19,277 nucleotides of DNA from the NCBI GenBank assembly GCA_024626585.2, contig JANKJI020000004.1:73207830-73227106 (forward strand). The letters run 5' to 3'. The DNA comes from Ginkgo biloba. Taxonomy: Eukaryota; Plantae; Ginkgophyta. A program made the translations under genes and the position numbers. This document shows, in pieces, positions 10,608 through 19,277 of this stretch (position 1 is its first letter; every line of letters begins with the position of its first letter). A model generated the notes under the pieces. The model did no database searches. It saw only the letters and a program-made list of their open reading frames with translations, and was not told the origin of the DNA.

Positions 10608-13228
10608 ATGGAGGAGTTGCGGGAGGAGCACCAGAGATTAGCAGACCTTGCTGAGAGTTGAATCTAGGGTTCCAAACCCTACAGATGTATGTACTAATGT
10701 TGGTTTCTTGATTTATTATGATATATTGTCATATGTTGTAAATACTTATTATTTGAGCCAAAATCTCAAACCAATTCCATTCTACTCTCTTATGGACATT
10801 TCATACATTATAATAGTGAATTATTATCTTTGGGAGTAACCTATGAAAGTTACTTTCGTATTGGTCTTATCTTTTACACTTGCTTCATCTATACTCTAAA
10901 GTCTTGAGGGTACTAAGCATGTCATGGGAATGTCTTATGGAACATTATATAATGGTGATAAAAAGTTTATTAGATAAATATATTAATTAGAGGTTTTAAT
11001 GGTGGAGGGATACATTGTATTTAAATATATGTTTCACATTAGTGAGTACTTACCTAAATTACATATTAATGATCCACATTTTTGGGATAATGATAATGAA
11101 GAAAAATTGATAAATTGATACAAGAGAACCAATGCTAATAGAATANNNNNNNNNNNNNNNNNNNNNNNNNNNNNNNNNNNNNNNNNNNNNNNNNNNNNNN
11201 NNNNNNNNNNNNNNNNNNNNNNNNNNNNNNNNNNNNNNNNNNNNNGTGAATTATAAAATACAATTTGGTATTTTTCCTTCAAAATGAAGCCAAACTCTAC
11301 AAAGGTTCCATTGTTACATCCCAATGTAATCGCAACAATGGGTTCACAGGGTGAACCCACAGTTACATAGCTGTGAACTATGGCTGACTCAATCTATGTT
11401 AATATTTTTTATTTGTTTTTCATTTTAGTTTACAAGTTAATTATTCAATAATTATGTTAATCAAAATTTCATTGGTAGAATTTATTGATAGAATATGATA
11501 ATAGGTTTTTTTGTTGGATATAAGTTAGGTAAAAATTATTTTCTACAAACTTGATTTTAATAATCTTATATGTGTATTTTGTCATTAATTCAATGAATGT
11601 TATCTTCCTTACAAGTGTTATTTGACATTTTGATATATTTTATTGTATTTCGTGTATTTATTTTGTACCTCTATGGTGGGTATTTCTATTCAACATATTG
11701 ATCCATAGGATTTGCATTACTAATAATATATTGTCTAATTCCAATATGATTCTAATCCTTATTTGACTATAATATAAGAGGATCTTGAGGAGGATGCAGT
11801 TCTGACGCAGGAATATGTATTAATTTTTTACACTGTTATATGCAAAAGTTCTGTTCCATGACTGTAGAAATCATGATAACTGATGTTATGCATTACGTTG
11901 TGTTTAATAGGAGTTGCCCACTATAGCATACACATCGAAGTGTTACCCCCTAGAATTTGGATGATTTCACTCGGATATAAATTAATGGTCTTGTAAGAAA
12001 ATTTTGAAGTAATAGAACTATTACATTTGGATCCTGTGTCAGGCTATCCAACAATGTTGAGAGGTCAAAATAATCGTGAAAATATATCCTAAGAAGAGGT
12101 GCTGCTAAAATTAGATTAAGAGTTTTGATTCCCATTATTTAGTTTTAGCAGTAAACTGTAGGTGGAATGCATGGACAAAGGCGATCTGGAGGCTAATGTT
12201 AGTAGTAGTGGAGAACAATGGAGGAGGTGAAGTATATAAACTCTCAGAATAGGTTTCTACTGTGGAGATGGTTGTGAGTGGCAAAACCAAGTTTGTTGAC
12301 AATGATTTCGTGGTGGTGACTGAAATGCTAATGATACAGCTACTCATGTTGGACGGTAGTGAATCAAAAGTAGAAGCTAAAGAATAGAGGTGCGAAGGGT
12401 ACAAAAGTACGTGGAGACGATGGATGGCCCAAAATGCAAATCCATTTTGTAATAACAATGTTGTTGTAACCACACGGTGAGAGACAAAGTTGCACAGGGA
12501 GGTATGCTACAGAAATATCAACGAGTTGGATAGAAGTCGTCGCATGATATATTGCAGCCATATAATTGATTAATGAGATTTAGATTTGTTTGTGTGTTGG
12601 ACCCATTCGAGTGGAAAGGAATTTGATTAAGGAGATGAAGATAAAGAACAAAGGAAGAATTATGAGGCTAGAGTTTGGAAAATTTATATTAGAATTATGA
12701 TGCACCTACAAATTTTTCATTTGATATATATACATGTCTAATATTTCTCCTCATTGATATCAGTGATATTTTTAGTGAGGCACAAGAGTTCCCCTTCATT
12801 GATCTCAAGCAAACTTAAAATGAAAATGAAGGTGGAGGTGATTGTAAAAGTAGAGTTTTGTCAAAGCATGAGAGACATATGGTTTCTCTTTTGTGACAGT
12901 TGGATTTTATCCATCATTTAGTATATCAATTGAACTCTATTTCTAACATGAATATTTTTATATTATTGCCTATAAAATTCAAATCTATCAGCCAGTTGTA
13001 TCTTTTCTACTATGCTCACCTGACAACTCTTTAGTGATACAGATTGATACTACAAAAAATGAAAAAAAAATTGTTCAAACATTAATATTCCTAATCATTT
13101 CTCAAATTGATTGTCTCAAATTTTATTTGTTTATGCATAGGTCCTAGACCATTGATGAATGAATGTTTGAGAATAGCATTGAACTTTATAATGGTTACAA
13201 ATGTCTATGTAGGACCTTTCAAGTCATG
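10608..13228 (+). pseudogene. Possible decayed multi-exon gene of unknown family (perhaps DNA-transposon-borne)
   Basis: Purine-rich islands bounded by splice-like signals lie within T-rich intron-like DNA: 10608-10686|GTATGT (MEELREEHQRLADLAES*I*GSKPYR), ~11779-11816|GTAT (EDLEEDAVLTQEY), TAG|11911-11992|GTAAG, TAG|12162-, CAG|12764-12881|GT, TAG|13141-13228|GTAAT. No domain recognised. Confidence 0.3.
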
Positions 13229-14269
13229 GTAATAGTTTCAATTTTATTTTTGACAATATAGTTTAGCTAGGATAGATTTATTAATGCAAATCAGTGTAAA
13301 TCACTTTGTTATGATCATTAAACCATATGATGAGATGTTCTTTAAAGAGACAATTTAAGTGCTCACAAGCCTATGCTACACTAAAACCTTGAGTTATTTT
13401 CTTAAATTAACTAATATTAAGCAAAGTAAGTTTGTAAAATTAGATCTAATTTATAATTATTTTCCACATAAAAGGAAGTCATTTAAGTTTAAACATTATT
13501 GACTTTAGATTCTTTAACTTTGAGCAACGAGGAGACAAAAATAGTAAATAATGGTTTGCACAAAGGGAATCATGGATGGAGTTTAAGTGAAGGCCTTCTA
13601 TATTAATTATTTGATAGATATTTGTAGTGGTTACGACAAATCAAGGAATCATATAAAAAAAAAATCTATATTCTATGTGTTGAATGTATTCTCCTCCTAA
13701 AATTCAATTCAAATAGCATTTTGCATAACTAGAAAAATAATGTAATATCCATAAATAGAAAGACTCAACAAATTAATTTCTAAGAAAGCAACTCATTCAA
13801 GTTATACTCATATTTTTCTTCATTTCTTTCAACTTCTTATCAATCAAAATCCCACTATAACCAGCTGTAAAATTCCAAAGATAAGCCTAGGGTTAAATTC
13901 AAAAAAATATATAACATTATTTAAAAATCACAAGTGGCATTGAGGACCACATAAATTTATAAATATTAGTCAAATCTCTAAATCATTGAATGTTATGTAC
14001 ACTAATCCAATGATATGATTCATCAATTATGAATTTGCAAACATCATTCAATTTAATAAACAAACAATATAGCATATGAAATTAATTTGATTTAACATCT
14101 AACATGGTGAAAATTATATCCAATACAATGGCAAGTATATTTTCATTACTTATTCCTTTAAACACAAGACCAAAAGAATGTCCTAATTTTGGATAGTGTT
14201 TCATCATTTGGAAGATTATCGTATTATTAGAAGATCCATTAAAAACTATTTAAAAATTTAAAGTATATA

Positions 14270-14640
14270 ATCGATGAATTTTGACAGAATTCCGCAATGA
14301 ATTAGTAAGTAAATCAAAATTGCACGCATCTTAATATATCTGCACGCTCATAATTTATCATTGAATTGCCGGTCAAATACACGTCGAAATTTTCTTTTTT
14401 GCCTGTAATGTGATCGGTACACATGCTAAAGTATCCCTCTTTTTTCAACTATACCCAGTATGAATTCCAGGTTATATGAGACGGATGCCAGATATGTATT
14501 CCGAGTTTCAAGCCAAAATGATTTCCTTCAGGCCAAAATGATTTCCTTGCCAGTTAATGTTGAGTGCCAAACTTTCAATAGATTTTTTGGTCAAGTGTGG
14601 GGTGTCTGCCAGAATCCATGCGTACTGGCGCTTAGTTCAA
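14270..14640. promoter_or_regulatory. Locally CpG-retaining island; candidate hypomethylated regulatory region
   Basis: About a dozen CG dinucleotides in ~370 bp, against near absence in the preceding kilobase. TGCACGC occurs twice (14322, 14341), plus ACACGTC at ~14379. Confidence 0.3.
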
Positions 14641-15475
14641 CTTAATGCTAAAAGAAATCATTGTGAAGCAGAATCAAGTTCAGTTTTACAATAACTATTA
14701 CTATTTGAATGTGCAAAGTGGGGCCTTGAGATTAGGTGTATATTTGTTCTGTTATTTCAAACATTGTTAGTTTTTGGGTCCAAGGACTCATTTCCAGAAA
14801 AGTAAGCTATTAATACTACTTGAATATACATGTATTTTTCTTTTTGTTGGAAAATAAATGCAGTAATGGTATGTTCTTTCTGTCCGAGCGATGGAGAATG
14901 AAACCCAATATAAAATCCAGTTCTTGGAAGGTTATTCATTACTATGAAGTATTATTCCCAAGTGTGATTTTGTTTGAAATTTCTAGAAGGTTTGGAGAAA
15001 TCAACAGATGTAAGGCTTATTGCAGTGAAATAGTAGTTGTATTACTGCTTGATATCTGACTGGGGAGCCTGTTTTATCCAGACATTCAGTCTGCTTTCAG
15101 CATTCTTTTTGTGCATTTTTTGCACATTTATTATATTCCAAACTTGGACTGTGTGTTTGATGATACATTGGACTCGTTGTTTTTGTTGTGCTTGCAATTT
15201 TTGGCCTTTTAAGGTCATTTTGTTTTAGCCTTTTCATCGTATAAAACATACTATATATTTTGCAAGAAACATCAACCCTAAGTAGCCGTGCATTTAACTC
15301 TTCAGGTTTCAATCTGTAACATAGTCAAACTTGTAATTTAAATGCTTTGCTGTTATGAACTTGGAGCAGCGTTTGTGGATATTTCTTTCTTGATTGACCT
15401 TTAAAATTTAGGTGGCAGGATGCATTGCTCTACTTAGATATTCATCTGTACCTTATTTTTTCTGAATGTGTATTT
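14450..15475 (-). pseudogene. Possible distal part of the decayed minus-strand coding region
   Basis: The minus strand is A-rich, with long K/S/N/Q-rich near-open frames (track ORFs 15097-15312 and 14757-14939). Several TAA stops sit where CAA would fit (..VQMNI*VEQCILPPKF*RSIKKEISTNAAPSS*QQSI*..). No domain recognised; a plus-strand intron is an alternative explanation. Confidence 0.3.
14512..14548 (+). repeat. Short tandem duplication, 17 bp exact, period 20
   Basis: GCCAAAATGATTTCCTT at 14512-14528 and 14532-14548. Confidence 0.9.
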
Positions 15476-15575
15476 NNNNNNNNNNNNNNNNNNNNNNNNN
15501 NNNNNNNNNNNNNNNNNNNNNNNNNNNNNNNNNNNNNNNNNNNNNNNNNNNNNNNNNNNNNNNNNNNNNNNNNNN

Positions 15576-16810
15576 CTTCGCCAGGAGTTAACCAATTTTG
15601 CAACTCGAGGATAACCCTGATAGAACTTTCTTGCTTTGTCAAACAAAACTTTTTCTTCAAATATGGATAATCCCAATATTTTAAGGAATACTTTAGGGGT
15701 CAAGGGATAAAATACCTAACCCTTAACTATGTACACTATTCTTCTATTAGGATCAAAACTCTCATGTATCCATTCTATGATTTAGTGGTACANNNNNNNN
15801 NNNNNNNNNNNNNNNNNNNNNNNNNNNNNCATATCCAAATCCTTGACCTCACTTGATATGTTAGATAAATCCTCATACATGAATCTAAATTCATCTCTAC
15901 ATGTATCTAATATATCATGGATCTCCATTATTTTTAAAACTTTGACTGCACCACTCCTTTATCCTACCATACTTCCTTTGATAAAAAATAGGGCTTTGAT
16001 TAGGTGGAATTATTCTATAATCTACACTCAATCTTTCTCTTTCCTTCATTCCNNNNNNNNNNNNNNNNNNNNNNNNNGAAGTGATTTCTTGAAAAATCCT
16101 AGAAAATAAGCTAATTAATAGGTCATTCCTATATTAATCATAGCATATTCACTTTTCCACCTTACATATTAACTTTGTGTAATACTTAAGGTAATACTTT
16201 TGTAGTCCAATTAAAATATGTGAACATGTGATTGGCAAGGGTGACTTTAAATCTTAGATTGACACGTGTCTTCACTCCATCAAGAATTTAAGAAAACTTT
16301 ATTAGAGGAAGAGAAAACATATTTGAAATAACTCAATGCCCATTTTAGCATAATTAATACTTCATTGGGTCTATAGGGTTAGGAATATTGACCACCCTTC
16401 ATAATTCTATGAGACAATTTCTTGAACTTTGATTTCTCAACATGAAGACTTGAACTAACACTTAATGAAGGTCCATACTCTCTTCATGTCCAAAGCCTTA
16501 TGGTGACTTCAATTATCAAACATCCTTGAGTGTCTAATCCCTGATAGGTTACCACATACCTGAACACATTTCATAACCAGAATGAGATCATGATATCAAT
16601 TCTGAGGAATATCCCTAGACTTATCAGGGATATTGTAGAAAAAATTCCTCCTTTCTTCTAACCTTTTTCTTAAGAAAAACTTCATTATTCCAATTACTCA
16701 TTATTCCAATAGGGCATTACTTTTGGTAAATCCCAATCGATCCCAGTATAAACCAAGAATAGTTAATCATCAACCATATATAATATCTTACCTATTCTAA
16801 CCTATAACAA
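15576..16810 (-). mobile_element. Probable LTR-retrotransposon fragment carrying a non-gag/pol accessory ORF
   Basis: Minus-strand translation ~15935->15579: KIMEIHDILDTCRDEFRFMYEDLSNISSEVKDLDM[gap]YH*IIEWIHESFDPNRRIVYIVKG*VFYPLTPKVFLKILGLSIFEEK. It resembles, from recall, the I.DT / E..EW....D...R.I....G.....L.P..F...L.L pattern of gymnosperm retroelement accessory ORFs. The left boundary is a 100-N gap; the right boundary (TGTTATAGG at 16809) is tentative. Confidence 0.5.
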
Positions 16811-16859
16811 TTAGATAAGGTAATTAGCATATATAAATAGGATAAATTTAATGGTAAGC

Positions 16860-17907
16860 TTTAAGTTTAAAAAATTCAAACTTCCTGATTATACAGTGTC
16901 ATCTTAGTCATGTTGAGATTAACTGATCATCTAAAAGTGACCCCATTTATGGATTAACATAATTTTCCACTACAAGTTCATTATTACACTATTCATAGTG
17001 ATAGTGAGATTATTCCTCACAACCTAATTATGATCGTTACCCATCGATCTCATTAAAAATGCATGGATAATATAATATTAAGATTGTGAGTTCAATTAAA
17101 TAAAATATTATTAAGATTTTAGGATTTATGTTTATGCAGAAGTGCATGATATCAGGATTTTCATATCTTTGTACCATATATGTACCCTTGATATTCTAAA
17201 GAACTAGGATTACTACTCTTCTCATGAATGTATTCGTAGAAGCTTTTTATTTCAAGGATTACGATATTTGAGCCAAATATCAACCCTTCTTATTGAAATA
17301 ACAAGATCAATCCATCTGAAAAATCTACTCTTTCTAACTAATCATTAATATTATTGCCAATATTAGATTATGGCGATCCGTATAACCACTATCATCAACT
17401 ATTAAAGATGATACAATTTTCCATTTCCTTTGCATTTTGTGGGATTCAATTAGAGAACAATGTGTTATTCTTTTGAACTGATTTTATTAGTTGGTGTTTG
17501 TGCTTTTACTTGTAACAAGAGTAGTACAAATTGAGCAATTAACTGGGAGAATCCTGCCCCAGAAGTAGAGAACTATGCAGCACAACTAATCGAGAGAACT
17601 TTGATTAAAAAAATTATGTGTGTTATAGGATACGAAACCGTACAAAGAAGTAGATAGAGAAGAAAAGTGTTAAGGTGACCTGTGTTGCATTGGATATTTA
17701 GACCTCGCAAAACCATCTGAATGAGTGATTAATGTTATGATTTGCCCCTAAAGAGTTGTTGCTCCAAGAAGCTCTGTTCAACACATTGTGTGATGAATCA
17801 TTCCCCTATCAGATCAGACTCATTCAATATAAGGTCTTAAACACAGCTGATTGCACTCCCAGTCGCCAGGGAAGAATTATCAGAACTAAGGCCTTTGCTC
17901 TGAGTCA
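16860..17907 (-). pseudogene. Possible further exon of the decayed minus-strand coding region
   Basis: A strong acceptor TGTATTGTTTTCAG| ends at 17908 (minus). It is followed by S/N-rich frames (TQSKGLSSDNSSLATGSAISCV*DLILNESDLIG / GNDSSHNVLNRASWSNNSLGANHNINHS / SDGFARSKYPMQHRSP*HFSSLSTS) broken by stops and frameshifts. Confidence 0.35.
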
Positions 17908-18127
17908 CTGAAAACAATACAGATAAAATCTTTAAATAGTACATACCACATTTTGTTTTAAAACCCTACTTACGTTACAAATTGAGTGTAAGAGAGACTA
18001 TTAAATTACAATTATAAGTACAATACAACATAAAGTTCAAACGGTATATGATTTTATATTCTTAGAAGGTAGCAGGCACAGAGAGATTCTTAATGATTTC
18101 TTTCTAGTCGAGGATATATACACCATA

Positions 18128-18155
18128 TGCACACCCACGGACAGATGGGTGTGCA
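18128..18155. repeat. Perfect 10-bp hairpin
   Basis: TGCACACCCA-CGGACAGA-TGGGTGTGCA; a short (GT)n tract follows at ~18184-18198. Confidence 0.85.
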
Positions 18156-18334
18156 CCATTAGGGAGAGGTGTTTTTTTCTTTTTGTGTGTGTGTGTGAGA
18201 TCTTCTGAATCATACACCCTACAAACCAAATACACCCATATTTATACTTATGGATATTGGGCATCATTGATGAAATTTGCTGTCAATTGTTTTCCTTTTA
18301 GCAGGGGGGTTTTTGTGCAACTGCTATTAATACA

Positions 18335-18412
18335 TTCAACTGACAATCTTTTCCCATCATTCATAGGAAATATTTTTTCAACTGACAATCTTTTCCCATC
18401 AACTGACAATCT
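18335..18412. repeat. Three copies of a 21-nt unit in exact 21-nt register
   Basis: TCAACTGACAATCTTTTCCCA at 18336 and 18378, with a partial copy TCAACTGACAATCT at 18399 (spacings 42 and 21). Confidence 0.92.
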
Positions 18413-18527
18413 CACAAAGCATTAGCAAAATGTAGCCATCNNNNNNNNNNNGTTCAATCTACTCATTTGCTTTCTTAACAGCTGCTCTTTTGTCAAGGTT
18501 TCCTGATTGAAGAGAATAGTATGTCAG

Positions 18528-18718
18528 AATATTCCTACTTATCATCACCATTCTGCTGCTGTATTTTTTTATTTGACAATGGACAGATAACTTCTCTGTT
18601 TTTTCATTCTGAAAATTTTCTTTCCTTGGACAAGTAAGCTGGAAATATTCCACCTGATTATAACCATCCTCATGCTCTGTCTTTATCAGATAATGGGCAT
18701 ATCACTTTCCCTGTTTTT
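18528..18718 (-). repeat. Diverged ~75-bp direct repeat (18528-18603 and 18644-18718), period ~115
   Basis: Minus strand AAAAACAGGGAAAGTGATATGCCCATTATCTGATAAA...GATGGTTATAATCAGGTGGAATATT versus AAAAACAGAGAAGTTATCTGTCCATTGTCAAATAAA...AATGGTGATGATAAGTAGGAATATT. Confidence 0.8.
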
Positions 18719-19277
18719 GCATATTGAAATTTGACTGTCTTTAATTGTTGCATTCAATACAACTGAGTTTTGATTGATACTTATTGTTCAACTCTTGTGG
18801 GATTGCTTGTTTTGTTCTGGTTGAATTTTTATTTTTATGCTGTTCTGTGTATACGTGAAATCATTTGCTTTTCCTGTCAATGATCTTAATTGTCTTCAAA
18901 TTTAGGTCAATTTTTTGCCAATTGTAAATCATTGACAAGGTGACTTTTTTCCAGCAGAGCAACTTAAATTTCTCCAATATTCAATGAGTACTTTCAAGAT
19001 TTCAACATAGAAAGGGAATCTATGTGATATTCACACGGTTCTTCAAATTCCTTGAAATATGTGCACAGATGTTTGTCGAGTTGTGAATGCCTTCCCAGCC
19101 GTAGCAAGTGTTCTACAGCTTCAAAATAGGATCTCAGACCTCTTTTAACTTTGGCACCCATGGGAACAGTGTAAAATTTGGAAAAGTGAGCCAAAACCTT
19201 AATACCACTGCCAAAATTGACTGAAAAGTATTTTGGACAATCTTGTTGGAATATTTAATATATTTAATGTTTAGTCC

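Larger units (their letters stand above)
18248..19277 (-). pseudogene. Decayed protein-coding exon of an unidentified gene with internal repeats, continuing beyond the right edge
   Basis: There is an ~85-codon open frame including track ORF 18994-19194, further near-open K/N/S/Q-rich frames, an internal repeat KNRE-VICPLS(D/N)K with synonymous-only divergence in KNRE-VICPLS, and in-frame DGKRLSV duplications. Multiple stops and frameshifts are present. Confidence 0.55.

Noticed and set aside
14510-14645. Similarity to miR169 (AGCCAAAATGATTTCCT) and miR171* (TACTGGCGCTTAGTTCAA)
   Set aside because: Several mismatches and indels are needed, and these families are normally near-invariant.
17718-17851. 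TGAATGAGT/ACTCATTCA stem (miR319-like word) and a TGATGA...CTGA C/D-box snoRNA candidate
   Set aside because: The arm order is opposite to miR319 precursors and no mature miR159/319 sequence is present. The snoRNA terminal stem is weak and I recognise no rRNA antisense element.
18335-18412. CRISPR-like repeat-spacer array
   Set aside because: Eukaryotic context, only one spacer, copies two and three directly abut, and there are no cas genes.
18994-19250. Assignment of the minus-strand peptide to TIR, PWWP, MBD or NOC2 domains
   Set aside because: Each shares only a few generic residues with wrong spacing; a profile search is needed.

Overview
AT-rich, CpG-depleted eukaryotic nuclear DNA from a plant. 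The transposon protein motifs suggest a gymnosperm-type genome (inference). The assembly is fragmented: 15 N-runs, five of them exactly 100 N. There is no intact protein-coding gene, rRNA, tRNA or CRISPR array that I can support. The window is mostly decayed transposons: (1) the 5' end of a Ty3/gypsy LTR retrotransposon on the minus strand (LTR ~1257-1520, tRNA-Met PBS 1243-1254, dead gag 424->1); (2) a 5'-truncated L1 LINE on the plus strand (~2876-4720; end of RT, zf-RVT); (3) a candidate ~1.55-kb solo LTR (7876-9422) with a near-perfect 5-bp TSD and an internal ~630-bp duplication; (4) a probable retroelement fragment with an accessory ORF (15576-~16810, minus). The most interesting signal is a hidden, decayed protein-coding region on the minus strand at the right end. 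An internal repeat there differs between copies only at synonymous codon positions over 10 codons, and there are in-frame 21-nt duplications. This relic may extend to ~14450, across the retroelement insertion. Several palindrome and hairpin clusters are also reported. All comparisons were made by eye; no database search was run.
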